Below, in pieces: positions 38,715 to 49,457 of a stretch of 64,000 bases of DNA (positions are counted from its first letter, which is position 1; each line of letters opens with the position of its first letter). Under the pieces are notes generated by a model. It saw nothing but the letters and a program-made list of their open reading frames with translations, had not been told where the DNA came from and ran no database searches. A program made the position numbers and the translations under genes. Source of the stretch: an uncultured Candidatus Poseidoniales archaeon (GTDB lineage Archaea; Thermoplasmatota; Poseidoniia; Poseidoniales; Thalassarchaeaceae); assembly GCA_902573085.1 (NCBI GenBank), contig CACGHY010000001.1, forward strand, positions 46,726-110,725, read 5' to 3'.

Positions 38715-41210
38715 TTGGTGGGGTTCGTGGGACAGCCGAAGATTTCTGACAAGCGGTGGAGTGTTGATCTCGAGAAAAGAATTCAAATGGAGCACTATGA
38801 TGAAGAATCTTATCGCGAAAGATACGCATTCAATAAAGATACGAAAAAGGAGATTTTTGTTATCGACACCCCTCCTCCATATCCAAGTGGAACCTGGCAT
38901 ATCGGAGCTGTTGCCCAATACAGCATGATAGACGTTATTGCTAGGAGTCAGAGGCTACTGGGTAAAGAAGTGAAATTCCCTTGGGGCGTAGACAGGAACG
39001 GCATAAATATTGAATTTACAGTAGAAAAGAAGACTGGGAGGAAAATGAGGACGTATGATAGGGCAGAATTCCTGGATCTTTGTTCGGAAACTATAGAAGA
39101 ATACACCATGGCTATGCGGAATACTGCGAAGAGAGTCGGTCTATCTTGCGACTATGAGAACGAATATCTCACAGATGCCCCCGACTACAGGGCAGTATCG
39201 CAGACGATTTTCGTTGAGCTTTTCAAGAGTGGCGATATTGTAGAAGACCTTAGGCCCAATATCTACGATCCTGTTGAAGGGACTACGATAGCCGATGCGG
39301 AGGTCCAAAGGGTTCAGAGAGAAACCAAACTATGCAATGTGAAGTGGCAAACTGAGGATGGCGAAGAAATCATAATTTCAACTACAAGGCCCGAGATGAT
39401 TTGTGCTTGTGGAATAGTAGTCGTACATCCCGAAGATGATAGATACGGTCACCTAATAGGTAAGAAAGTGAAACTACCCATTGAGGTGGCAGAACGAGAC
39501 AAATATGTCAAAATTACCTCTCATCCTTCAGTAAAGATGGATTTCGGCAGTGGGATTCTGATGGTTTGTTCATACGGTGACCAGAATGACGTATCAATTT
39601 TCAGAGAGCTTGAGTTGAGGCCATTCGTGGCGATTAATCTTGATGGTGAGATGACAGAAATTGCAGGGCCATTATCCGGGATGAAAGTAATTGATGCCAG
39701 AACAAGAGCAATAGAAATTTTACGAACATCAGGAAATCTAGTCTCTACGGAAGACCGTTTACAAGAAGTACCTGTCAGTGAGAGGGGAGGAAACCCGATA
39801 GAGATTATTCTACTAAAGGAGTGGTATGTACGACAGACCCATATTCTGGATAGACTAATGGAACTTTCAAAGGAAAGCAGATTCATACCTGAAAGGAATC
39901 GACAGTACTTACATGATTGGATAGACGGCGTATCCATCGACTGGCCCATCAGCAGACGTAGGTGGTACCATACAGAAGTCCCCATCTGGTACTCTGAGGA
40001 CCGAACTAAAGTAATCGTTCCGCCAAGAGGATCCTATGTGCAACCCTGGAGAGACTCACCCCCAAATAACTCTGAAGTTATTGATAGAGAGAGCAAGGAT
40101 ACACTTGGAACCTATCAGGAATTGAGCTCGACACTTGGGAAACTGATAGGCGAGGAGAAGGTGTTTGACACTTGGATGGACTCATCAAATTCTAATCTTT
40201 ATGTCTCTGGTTACTTGACGGAACCAATATTGTTCGAAAAGGCATTTCCGACCTCAATTAGGCCTCAGGGCAAGGAAATTGTCAGAACCTGGTTATATTA
40301 CACACTGCTGAAGAGTGCACTTTTACTAGATCGTCCTGGTTTCCAGAGTATTTGGGTAGACGGACTTGGAATGGATCCATGGGGTAGGAAGATGTCGAAG
40401 TCATTAGGAAACGGCATAGATGCGGATAGCGTTCTCGAATGCGGAGCTGGTGGTAGGACAGGTTCGTGGAGGATCAAAGGGGCCGATGGCAAGCAAGTAG
40501 TGTTGAAGGCAAACAAAATCGGAAGTGAGTGCTTTCGACTTTGGAAGGCCTGCGATGCGCAGGTGGGTGATGACTTCCATATCAATCCAGAAGAGATCGA
40601 GACTAAGTATTACGGTGTGCTTACTAAGATATTCAACGTAGCTAGGTTCGCGAGTCAATTCGAAGTTCCTGAAGACTTTTCGTCGCCGCCTGAATTGAAT
40701 ATAGAGGACAAATGGATCCTATCTGAATTTGATCAGTGCATGGCCTCAGTGGAGATCGCATGGAAAGATGTGGACATTTACACTGCGGCACAGACACTGA
40801 AATCTTTTGGGACGGGGATTTTCCCCAGTCACTGGCTCGAGATGTCAAAGACTAGGCTCTACGATGGGGATTTATCGGCTACATGGACAATGCACAGGAT
40901 AGTGCGTGATTTTCTCAGTGCATTTAGCCCAATATGTCCATTTTTCACTCATTATCTAAGTACAACACTTTACGATTCAAGTTCAGTGGATGTCAGAGCA
41001 TTCCCAAGTCTTCCATTATTTCCTGGTACCGAGATGTTTGAAGAACTTAGAAACAAAACCGAGAGCTTGGAAGAGTTCAATTCAATGGTTTGGAGGGCCA
41101 AGAAGGAAGGTGGACTTTCTCTTAAATCACCAATTTCAGGTATCCAAATTCCTGAACCCCTGTCATTATTTTCCGATGCTTTGGTAAAGATGCACAATCT
41201 AGAGTTATAG
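38715..41210 (+). CDS. valS: Valyl-tRNA synthetase (archaeal type)
   Basis: IDTPPPYPSG..HIG, TTRPE, DWPISR, FDTWMDSS, RPQG.EI.RTW, KMSKS. Confidence 0.95.
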   Translation: MVGFVGQPKISDKRWSVDLEKRIQMEHYDEESYRERYAFNKDTKKEIFVIDTPPPYPSGTWHIGAVAQYSMIDVIARSQRLLGKEVKFPWGVDRNGINIEFTVEKKTGRKMRTYDRAEFLDLCSETIEEYTMAMRNTAKRVGLSCDYENEYLTDAPDYRAVSQTIFVELFKSGDIVEDLRPNIYDPVEGTTIADAEVQRVQRETKLCNVKWQTEDGEEIIISTTRPEMICACGIVVVHPEDDRYGHLIGKKVKLPIEVAERDKYVKITSHPSVKMDFGSGILMVCSYGDQNDVSIFRELELRPFVAINLDGEMTEIAGPLSGMKVIDARTRAIEILRTSGNLVSTEDRLQEVPVSERGGNPIEIILLKEWYVRQTHILDRLMELSKESRFIPERNRQYLHDWIDGVSIDWPISRRRWYHTEVPIWYSEDRTKVIVPPRGSYVQPWRDSPPNNSEVIDRESKDTLGTYQELSSTLGKLIGEEKVFDTWMDSSNSNLYVSGYLTEPILFEKAFPTSIRPQGKEIVRTWLYYTLLKSALLLDRPGFQSIWVDGLGMDPWGRKMSKSLGNGIDADSVLECGAGGRTGSWRIKGADGKQVVLKANKIGSECFRLWKACDAQVGDDFHINPEEIETKYYGVLTKIFNVARFASQFEVPEDFSSPPELNIEDKWILSEFDQCMASVEIAWKDVDIYTAAQTLKSFGTGIFPSHWLEMSKTRLYDGDLSATWTMHRIVRDFLSAFSPICPFFTHYLSTTLYDSSSVDVRAFPSLPLFPGTEMFEELRNKTESLEEFNSMVWRAKKEGGLSLKSPISGIQIPEPLSLFSDALVKMHNLEL

Positions 41211-41214
41211 TCGC

Positions 41215-42183
41215 TCAATTAAGGGAATTATTGCAACTTCCGGTTTCGAAATACTCTATGATCAATCCTGCCATTTCAGTTCCAATACGAGCCTGTGCCT
41301 CCAGAGTTGAAGCTGCAATATGTGGGCTACCATGGAAGGAGTCGTGACGTAGCAAGTCACTCTCTGCAAGAGGCTCTACTTCGAAAACATCGAGTGCTAG
41401 TGATGTTAGTTGACCCGACTCCAGAGCCATAGAAGCAGCTGACTCATGGACTACACCTCCCCTTGCGCAATTAACAATGTGATTACCGCACTCAATTCCG
41501 TCTAGACCTATTCCGGGCATCATGGATATTCGTTCGGAGTTTACCAGATTCCTTGTTTGTTCATTCAGATTGCAATGTACAGATATATGGGTGCATAATC
41601 TGAAAATTTCGTCCACATCATCATGTAATTGGACACCCTCAGGTGCTTCATCCACGAAGGGATCGAAAGCATGGACTTCCATGCCGAACGATGAAGCAAC
41701 CGAAGCAACTCCTCTGGCTATTCTTCCGAACCCAATTAGCCCCAGTCTTTTTCCACCTATCTCAGAGCCTCGCAATTGTTTCTTTGCCCACTTTCCATTT
41801 CGAAGAGTCCGATCTGCCGTTGCTATATGCCTTGTAGAAGCTATCAGATGTCCAATGGTTAATTCCACGACACTACGAGTTGATGCTCCCGGAGTATTGC
41901 ACACTGTGATTCCTTTTTTCGTCGCTTCGGCGATGTCGATATTATCCACTCCAACTCCTGCCCGTCCGATGAATCTAATCCCGCCGTCCTCACTTACTGA
42001 GGATGAAATTTGCTCTGATGGAAGTTTTGTGGCACTTCTGATTACCACAGCATCAAATTCTAGGAGCGAGCCATTTGCGATTTCTTCCGACTCGTAGTGC
42101 CGCAAGACTACCTCATGACCTGCATTCTCGAGAATTTCAATTGCTTCATCGGACATCCCATCTGTTACAGCGATACGCGCCAT
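41215..42183 (-). CDS. D-3-phosphoglycerate dehydrogenase-like D-2-hydroxyacid dehydrogenase (no ACT domain)
   Basis: IRSAT, GRAGVGVDNID, NTPG, GFGRI, NCARGG, LDVFEVEP, PHIAAST.EAQ. Confidence 0.88.
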   Translation of the reverse strand: MARIAVTDGMSDEAIEILENAGHEVVLRHYESEEIANGSLLEFDAVVIRSATKLPSEQISSSVSEDGGIRFIGRAGVGVDNIDIAEATKKGITVCNTPGASTRSVVELTIGHLIASTRHIATADRTLRNGKWAKKQLRGSEIGGKRLGLIGFGRIARGVASVASSFGMEVHAFDPFVDEAPEGVQLHDDVDEIFRLCTHISVHCNLNEQTRNLVNSERISMMPGIGLDGIECGNHIVNCARGGVVHESAASMALESGQLTSLALDVFEVEPLAESDLLRHDSFHGSPHIAASTLEAQARIGTEMAGLIIEYFETGSCNNSLN

Positions 42184-42272
42184 GTAGATACTAACAACAT
42201 TACGTGCATCAACATTGTGAGTACCATGCCGGTGGGTTGATATTTAGTACCCCTAATTCACCAACAGATACA

Positions 42273-42866
42273 ATGGGATTTGAATTACCTGAACTTGAAT
42301 ATGCCTATGACTCACTAGAGCCCCATATCGATGCGGAGACGATGGAGCTACACCATTCCAAGCATCATGCTGGATACACCGCTAAATTGAATGCTGCAAT
42401 CGAGGGTACAGAGATGGACTCTTTGGGAATTGAGGATTTGATAATTAACCACATGGATAACGCTGCAGTTAGGAATAATGGAGGAGGATTTTGGAATCAT
42501 AGAATTTTCTGGGAGACAATGAGCCCCGATGGCGGAGGAGAACCCGAGGGAGAACTCGCAAATGCAATTACAGACTCTTTCGGATCTTTCCAATCTATGA
42601 AGGATCAGTTCAGCGATGAGGCCATGACAAGATTCGGCAGTGGTTGGGCATGGCTATGCATTTCAGATGGTCAACTTTCCATATGCTCAACCCCAAATCA
42701 GGATAATCCCCTCATGTTGGGAGAAGGTATCCCGATTCTAGGCCTAGACGTTTGGGAACATGCGTATTACAAGAATTACGGTCCTGCCAGAGGGGACTAT
42801 ATCGCCGCATGGTGGAATGTAGTAAATTGGTCTGTTGTGTCCGATAACTATCAGGCCGCAATGTAG
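42273..42866 (+). CDS. sod: Fe/Mn superoxide dismutase (Mn-type signature)
   Basis: LEPHID..TMELHHSKHH, NNGGG..NH, FGSGWAW, NQDNP, DVWEHAYY. Confidence 0.96.
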   Translation: MGFELPELEYAYDSLEPHIDAETMELHHSKHHAGYTAKLNAAIEGTEMDSLGIEDLIINHMDNAAVRNNGGGFWNHRIFWETMSPDGGGEPEGELANAITDSFGSFQSMKDQFSDEAMTRFGSGWAWLCISDGQLSICSTPNQDNPLMLGEGIPILGLDVWEHAYYKNYGPARGDYIAAWWNVVNWSVVSDNYQAAM

Positions 42867-42922
42867 TCGAATGTATGTAACCACAACCGTTCCATTATAG
42901 CGCTCTTTGGACACGCGACCGC

Positions 42923-43996
42923 GTGGTCGACGATTACGAAGCTATGTTGACCGCTGTAATGATATTAGTTTCACCAGTTATTTTTGCCCTCCCTGTGTCT
43001 TTCGCGTGGAGATGGTGGGTCGGTATTGAACCGGAGCATGAGCACTATCGAGAAAAGGTTCGCAGGGTACTCGATGCAGGAATGCCCCTCGCACGTTACA
43101 GGGGGGAGTTGGACGCGGAAGCAAGGAAGGTGCACATATCATCTGATAGGCAAGGCAGGATAGAATCGGATTTACTTCATAGACTGCGAATTCAACATTT
43201 TCTCCTGTTCCCTAGTCTCATTTTGTGGCCTCTAGTAGGTATCTTCGCTGCTATCATCAGCATACCAATGATGCCTTTGCTGAAGCTAGTAGAGTGGATT
43301 CTGATCGAAAAGAAAGCGCTATCTGGAGTCGCGATTATCATTCAGAGGTATACAAGGTGGGAAATAATAGGAATCCCCAGACTTGATGACGGTTCCAAGC
43401 AGTTTGGCAAGGCTCTAGCTTCAATTCACAGAATGCCCACAACCGTATTTCTTGGCCTTTTTGCATACCTAATCGTGTCATATTCGCCAATGAGTTCTTT
43501 CAATGTTCTTCTCCTAAGCGCATTGGTATACATCATACTGGTCTCCGCAATTTCAGTCATCAGAGCTGCTACAGAAAGTACTCTAACATTTGCAGATCCT
43601 ACGAATAGGAGAATTATACCTATGGAGTCGTATGTTGACGAGAAACTAGGTCCATGGGTAGGAGTAGGGCTGATTTTCCTATTGTCTAGGCAGCTCATGT
43701 ATGGATCAAAAATTCGAACAGGCGAGCTCTTAATTGATCCAGTTGCCTTTTCGATTAGTGTTCTACTTGTCTTGTATACAGCCACAATTATTGGAATAAC
43801 GGTTGAGATCCTATTTTTCAGGAGCAGGGGCGAGGAAGTCAGAATGACATTTCAAAAACAAATGGTTGATGTTTTTCAACCGGATGTATACCTCTTCAAT
43901 AGGAATTTGGGGACATTGAGGCTAGTTCCACTAATGCCCCTATCACTTTGGCTGGAAACAGAGGAGGACTACGATGAAGTACTCAAAGATACGTGA
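42923..43996 (+). CDS. Hypothetical multi-pass membrane protein
   Basis: 357-aa ORF with several hydrophobic helices. Confidence 0.75.
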   Translation: MVDDYEAMLTAVMILVSPVIFALPVSFAWRWWVGIEPEHEHYREKVRRVLDAGMPLARYRGELDAEARKVHISSDRQGRIESDLLHRLRIQHFLLFPSLILWPLVGIFAAIISIPMMPLLKLVEWILIEKKALSGVAIIIQRYTRWEIIGIPRLDDGSKQFGKALASIHRMPTTVFLGLFAYLIVSYSPMSSFNVLLLSALVYIILVSAISVIRAATESTLTFADPTNRRIIPMESYVDEKLGPWVGVGLIFLLSRQLMYGSKIRTGELLIDPVAFSISVLLVLYTATIIGITVEILFFRSRGEEVRMTFQKQMVDVFQPDVYLFNRNLGTLRLVPLMPLSLWLETEEDYDEVLKDT

Positions 43997-44891
43997 GTTC
44001 TTCGACTTTCCAGTTAGCCCCATCCAAATTTACGGACCCCGATTCAATATCATCAACACGTAGTATTACAATTGCATAGGATATACCGTCTGATGACTCA
44101 CATGAGGTAATATGAGCAGGCGAGCCATTCGATAACCGGTATTTCCCTGGACCAATGGCTGCCTCACCCGTAAGGAGGCAAAGCCTCTTGACAGTCCTGC
44201 CACGGCTTTCTAACCTTGCATGAATTTCCTGTCCTGGATAGCACCCCTTATTATCACTGATCAGATTAATCATCCCACATTCATTAGGAAGATTCCCCCT
44301 GATGTCAACTAAGCTTGGAATACAAACTTCTAATCTTACGAAGTTCCACCTATCCTCACTCATTTCAGAGTATTCCGCATCCTCTAGTATCGAGATGAAA
44401 TCACTCATCTGGTTTCTTGGCAATAGGATATCGAGGATGGACCCTCCGGGAAATTCGGATTTCACAGCTATCATATCACCGAATTCCATTACTCTATTTC
44501 TTTCCAGGTCTATTCCCTCGAACCCCATCCTAGTAATTATTGATTGAAAGTCAGCAGATATTAGAGAAACCCTTCCAATCGCTTCATCTGCGATGATTAA
44601 ATCGCATTGCTCATCCCAGGATTTCCCGTCAATTAGGGTCTTTCTTGTTTTATCACCCATCTCTTCTGATGACAAAAGTAGTATTTTTTCCTGTATCTTG
44701 TATATCGATCCGATATCTGTAATCCGGCCGTTATAATCGCAGAATAGTACGTCTTTAGCATGGCTATCCGGAGAATCAATAATCCTGGTCGAGACGACCC
44801 TATCGATGACATTGGTTGAATCACTGCCCTGCAAGAGTGTTACACTCTGTGAGCGTACGTAATACTCCTCTCCAGAGGTGTTATTGCTCAA
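43983..44891 (-). CDS. ygfZ: YgfZ/GcvT-like folate-binding Fe-S assembly protein
   Basis: KGCYPGQE signature; next to an IscA-family gene. Confidence 0.85.
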   Translation of the reverse strand: MSNNTSGEEYYVRSQSVTLLQGSDSTNVIDRVVSTRIIDSPDSHAKDVLFCDYNGRITDIGSIYKIQEKILLLSSEEMGDKTRKTLIDGKSWDEQCDLIIADEAIGRVSLISADFQSIITRMGFEGIDLERNRVMEFGDMIAVKSEFPGGSILDILLPRNQMSDFISILEDAEYSEMSEDRWNFVRLEVCIPSLVDIRGNLPNECGMINLISDNKGCYPGQEIHARLESRGRTVKRLCLLTGEAAIGPGKYRLSNGSPAHITSCESSDGISYAIVILRVDDIESGSVNLDGANWKVEELTYL

Positions 44892-44900
44892 GGAACTACC

Positions 44901-45287
44901 TCAGCCGAATGACTGCCCGCAGCCACATGCCCTGTCAGCATTGGGGTTCTCTATTTGGAATCCGCCGCCCATCAGCGTCTCTTTGAAATCAATCTGGATG
45001 CCATTTAGCATTGAGCTGTCTTTATTGTGAACTAACACATTAATTCCACCGATGGAAATCTGCTGAAATCCCTCATCCTCCGGCCTTTCTATGATTTTCA
45101 TGTCGTAAAGATACCCTGAGCATCCTCCGGACTGAGCGCTGATTACTAAGACGTGCGTATCCTCGTCTCCATTCATGTTTTGCTCTAATGCGCGTATTGC
45201 TTTTTCTGTAAAGTTAAGTTTGACATCAACGACTTCTGTTTCAGAAACGACAGGAAGGGAAAAACCCTCACCACCTAGTATGCCCAT
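44901..45287 (-). CDS. Iron-sulfur cluster assembly A-type carrier (HesB/IscA)
   Basis: GGCSGY.Y, F...NPN....CGCG.SF. Confidence 0.95.
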   Translation of the reverse strand: MGILGGEGFSLPVVSETEVVDVKLNFTEKAIRALEQNMNGDEDTHVLVISAQSGGCSGYLYDMKIIERPEDEGFQQISIGGINVLVHNKDSSMLNGIQIDFKETLMGGGFQIENPNADRACGCGQSFG

Positions 45288-45370
45288 GTAATAGGACTAC
45301 AATCGGTAATATTTCAACAGTTGCTTAGATTACTCGTCACACATATCAATCACCCTGCTATCGTAGTGTC

Positions 45371-46174
45371 GTGGACGGGATGGAGACTAGGGAGATTGCA
45401 AGACTAAGTCATACCGGGATTAACAGAGGACTGGATTATGTAACTTCCGAATCCCCCCTATCAATTAACGTAACTGACAGCAAAAATAGTAAATTTGAGA
45501 TGGGAATTACCATGAGGACTGAAGGTGACGACAGGAGGTTGATTCTAGGATTCTTATACTCAGAAGGAGTGATCGACTCAATTACAGACGTTTCCAGTAT
45601 ATGCATCGATGACGGAATAGCAACGGTAACTCTCAATGATTCTTCGTCTTTCGACTCTGATTTACATAAAAGGAATAGTACCGTAACATCTTCTTGTGGA
45701 CTCTGCGGAAGATCGGACCTTATTGGGCTACTTAAATTGGAAAATACCCTTCTAGATGAGGGAATGGAAATTTCTCTAGATGCAGTTTCGGCATGTCTTA
45801 ATGCAATTAATTCTGACCAGCCAATATTCTCTCGTACAGGCGGATCCCACGCCTGTGCAAGCTTCAGAGAAGATGGGACAATAGATTGTGTTTTCGAGGA
45901 TGTGGGGAGGCACAATGCTTTCGATAAAATGGTAGGGCATTACCTGGAAAGGGGTTTGATACCAAAACCTGGATTTGGTGCATTCGTATCAGGGAGGGCT
46001 TCTTTTGAATTGGTACAGAAGTGCATAAGGGGGGGCTTTCCAATAATGATAGCAATTGGCGCTCCAAGTAGCCTAGCTGTCGATATATCGAACGAATATG
46101 GTCTCACTTTGGGCTGTTTCGCAAGGGATGATGGTCTTACGCTATTTAGTGGAGTTAGGAGAATTGTAGAATAG
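45371..46174 (+). CDS. fdhD: Formate dehydrogenase accessory sulfurtransferase
   Basis: TMRT, GFLYSEG, SSCGLCG, TGGSHA, EDVGRHNAFDK, SGRASFELVQK. Confidence 0.95.
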   Translation: MDGMETREIARLSHTGINRGLDYVTSESPLSINVTDSKNSKFEMGITMRTEGDDRRLILGFLYSEGVIDSITDVSSICIDDGIATVTLNDSSSFDSDLHKRNSTVTSSCGLCGRSDLIGLLKLENTLLDEGMEISLDAVSACLNAINSDQPIFSRTGGSHACASFREDGTIDCVFEDVGRHNAFDKMVGHYLERGLIPKPGFGAFVSGRASFELVQKCIRGGFPIMIAIGAPSSLAVDISNEYGLTLGCFARDDGLTLFSGVRRIVE

Positions 46175-47107
46175 TGATGCGGTTTGATACTTCCTCTCCT
46201 TCATATCATTCTGGTACCTGATTCCCAATTTGGCGCCATTTTCTTCAATCCACTCTGAGAATTTTATTTCCCCTAATGGCTGGTCATCTGATGCCATAAG
46301 TCCATTCATAAGTCCACGAATTTCAGCTCTGGTAATGACTCTGTCACTGACTATAATTCCTACAACCTTGCCAACAACCCACGCAACCATAGGGGGAACA
46401 GGAATTATTACTCTTCTAAGGCCCATAGATCGTGAAATTAATTTAACGTACTCATAATAAGAGAATATTTCGGGCCCTGCAACATCTAAAATTATATTCT
46501 CGCTCAGGGATCCTTGTTCCACAGCTATACGAGCAACATCGGATATGTGCACAGGTTGTATTGGATAAGACCCTAGGCCAAAGACACCGAAAATAGGAAA
46601 CCTTCGTATTAACCATGCCATATTGTTGATCAATACATCTCTCTTACCTCCAAAAAATACGGTAGGACGGAGTATTGCATGTGATAACTTTGACTCGGTA
46701 ATCATTCTTTCAACTTCCATCTTACCAGTGAAATATGTCCAATCGGGAGCCTTGTCAGGATGCGCGACTGAAAAGTGCACAATCCTCCTTATCCCTGCAT
46801 CCTCAGCTGCGGAGATTAGCTTCCTTGTATTTGAAACGGCCGAATCGTGCGCATATCTGCCTTCTCTGTCTTTGTACCTTACCCAATAGGTGTTGTATAG
46901 AACATCTGCATCAGAAAGAGATGATACCATCGAATCGTGGTTTGTAAAATCGATTGGTCTTACTTCTACTTGGCCGTTAAATGGATCGTCCCTTCCTATT
47001 GCATTTGTCAGAGTCCTAACTCTGTGCCCGCAATTCAGCAACTCCTTGGCTATCCAACGTCCTGAATAGCCGAATGCTCCAGTAACAACATGAGCATCTT
47101 TTGCCAC
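46142..47107 (-). CDS. Atypical SDR / NAD-dependent epimerase (NDUFA9-like)
   Basis: VTGAFGYSG, LYNTYW, Y..GK, ILRP, QPVH. Confidence 0.85.
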   Translation of the reverse strand: MAKDAHVVTGAFGYSGRWIAKELLNCGHRVRTLTNAIGRDDPFNGQVEVRPIDFTNHDSMVSSLSDADVLYNTYWVRYKDREGRYAHDSAVSNTRKLISAAEDAGIRRIVHFSVAHPDKAPDWTYFTGKMEVERMITESKLSHAILRPTVFFGGKRDVLINNMAWLIRRFPIFGVFGLGSYPIQPVHISDVARIAVEQGSLSENIILDVAGPEIFSYYEYVKLISRSMGLRRVIIPVPPMVAWVVGKVVGIIVSDRVITRAEIRGLMNGLMASDDQPLGEIKFSEWIEENGAKLGIRYQNDMKERKYQTASLFYNSPNSTK

Positions 47108-47180
47108 AATGTTGGGAATAGGCGAATAGCCATTATCTTAACCACATTAATTTGAAGAGTACTGCCATGTGTTTTGCCAC

Positions 47181-49457
47181 ATGAGGGGTAAAGCTGAGGC
47201 TACCACGCCGCTCGAAGATGTATCACCTAAGAGGAAGGCTCCGAGTAAATCTGCTGCGGGACTTCCAGCAATTATCTCAACAGCAAAGCACGGCCTTTCA
47301 AAAATGGGATTGATAGGTTCGTTGACTAATTTTTACAAGGTCAATAAGTTCCAAGGTTTTGACTGTCCGGGATGTGCATGGCCAGATCCTGACGATACGC
47401 GTACAATTGCTGAGTTTTGTGAGAACGGTGCCAAGGCAATAGCCGATGAAGGTACAAAGAAAAGGGCCAGCCCTGAATTCTGGTCCAAGTGGACTGTTAG
47501 AGATTTATCGCTAAAATCCGATAAATGGCTAAATTCCCAGGGAAGGCTGACACATCCACTAATTCTCAGGGAAGATTCGGATTACTACGAGTCCATATCA
47601 TGGGATGATGCGTTTGAAGTGATTGCGAGTGAGATGGCACCTTTACCTCCGGATCAGGCGGTATTCTACACATCTGGTAGGACAAGTAACGAGGCTGCTT
47701 TCATGTGGCAATTACTCGCTAGGAGGTATGGAACCAACAACCTCCCAGATTGTTCTAATATGTGTCATGAATCATCAGGAGTAGCTCTGAATGAAACCAT
47801 AGGAATAGCCAAGGGGACCGTTAAACTAGAAGACTTCGATAAGGCGGACTTGATTATTGTTGTAGGTCAAAACCCAGGGACTAATCACCCAAGAATGTTG
47901 ACGGCTCTGAGGGATGCTAAGAAGAAAGGCGCATCAATTGTTTCGATAAACCCGCTAATTGAGACGGGCATGATTAGGTTCAAACACCCACAGAACCCTC
48001 TAGAAGTTCTAGGTTACGGAACTGAAATTTCGGATGAGCATGTCAGAGTATGTTTGAACGGGGATCAAGCGCTGTTCAGGGGTTTTGCCAAGGTAATCAT
48101 AGAAAGATCATTAGAGGATTCTGGATTTATCAGCACATTCACAAATGGTTACGAAGACTACGAAAAGCTGGTTCGAAATACATCGTGGGACCAGATCTCC
48201 ATGTTGTCTGGAGTCGATAGAAACGAAATAGAGAGGATTGGCAATTTGATTGCGAAGTCGAAGGCCACAATATGCTGTTGGGCAATGGGCCTTACACAGC
48301 ACAAGAACTCCGTACCAACGATACAAGAAATCTCCAACCTTCTTCTGCTTGGGGGGCACGTTGGGAGAGAAGGGTCTGGATTGTGCCCAGTTAGAGGCCA
48401 TTCAAACGTCCAAGGAGATCGAACTGTAGGGATAAATCATAATCCCACATCGCAGTTTATCGACTCATTGAGAAGAGAGTTCGGAATACAGAACCTCAAA
48501 ACCAAGGGGCTCGATTCAGTCGAAGCAGTCAGAAGTATGTTGCAACGAGAAGCTAGAGTCTTCCTATCTATGGGGGGTAATTTCATATCTGCAATGTCCG
48601 ATACAAATGTTACCTCTGAAGCTATTAGGAACTGCTCGCTGACAGTCCAAATTTCAACAAAGCCCAATCGGTCTCACCTGATAACTGGGAAGCAGGGCAT
48701 TATACTACCATGCCTAGGGAGAACGGAGCGAGACTATTCAGGAGGTAGTGAACAGTTTGTTACAGTAGAGAACTCTATGGGAGTGGTACAGAAGTCAATT
48801 GGATCGCGTCCACCTGCTAGTAATAATCTAAGATCTGAGGCGAGCATTGTATCTGGAATAGCCATGGCAATTGAGGATAAAATAGGAGTTTCAGAAATCA
48901 AGTGGAGAGAGCTTGCCGAAGATTATGATATGATTAGGGATAGTATTGAAAGGGTGGTTCCAGGTTTTGATTCATACAATGAAAGATGTAGGGAAAATGG
49001 GGGTTTCTATCTACCTAATCCTCCAAGGGACTCGAGGATGTTTCCCACCAAAACTGGCTTGGCAAATTTCATCTCCAATGATCTGGTTTCGATTTCTCCT
49101 GGCGAAGGAGAGTTTCTTATGATGACAATCCGATCTCATGACCAATACAATACCACGGTGTACACCGATAACGACAGATACCGTGGAATTTACTCTGGAA
49201 GGAGAGTCGTTCTGATGAATAAATCAGATATGGTGGAAAATAGTTGGGAGGAGTTTGACGAGGTGTCAATAACATCTGAATTCGACCAAAAAGTGGTTAA
49301 ATCAGATAGATGGAGAGTGGTTGAGTATGATATTCCTAAGGGGAACGTTGCTACTTATTTCCCAGAAGCGAACGTTCTTATCCCACTAAACAGCGTTGCC
49401 GACAGGAGCAATACTCCCACTAGCAAATCAGTAATCGTTAATATCACGTCTACCTGA
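47181..49457 (+). CDS. FdhF/YdeP-family molybdopterin oxidoreductase
   Basis: GFDCPGCAWPD, EFCENGAK, FYTSGRTSNE, NNLPDCSNMCHE, PVRGHSNVQGDRT, RSHDQYNTT. Confidence 0.93.
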   Translation: MRGKAEATTPLEDVSPKRKAPSKSAAGLPAIISTAKHGLSKMGLIGSLTNFYKVNKFQGFDCPGCAWPDPDDTRTIAEFCENGAKAIADEGTKKRASPEFWSKWTVRDLSLKSDKWLNSQGRLTHPLILREDSDYYESISWDDAFEVIASEMAPLPPDQAVFYTSGRTSNEAAFMWQLLARRYGTNNLPDCSNMCHESSGVALNETIGIAKGTVKLEDFDKADLIIVVGQNPGTNHPRMLTALRDAKKKGASIVSINPLIETGMIRFKHPQNPLEVLGYGTEISDEHVRVCLNGDQALFRGFAKVIIERSLEDSGFISTFTNGYEDYEKLVRNTSWDQISMLSGVDRNEIERIGNLIAKSKATICCWAMGLTQHKNSVPTIQEISNLLLLGGHVGREGSGLCPVRGHSNVQGDRTVGINHNPTSQFIDSLRREFGIQNLKTKGLDSVEAVRSMLQREARVFLSMGGNFISAMSDTNVTSEAIRNCSLTVQISTKPNRSHLITGKQGIILPCLGRTERDYSGGSEQFVTVENSMGVVQKSIGSRPPASNNLRSEASIVSGIAMAIEDKIGVSEIKWRELAEDYDMIRDSIERVVPGFDSYNERCRENGGFYLPNPPRDSRMFPTKTGLANFISNDLVSISPGEGEFLMMTIRSHDQYNTTVYTDNDRYRGIYSGRRVVLMNKSDMVENSWEEFDEVSITSEFDQKVVKSDRWRVVEYDIPKGNVATYFPEANVLIPLNSVADRSNTPTSKSVIVNITST

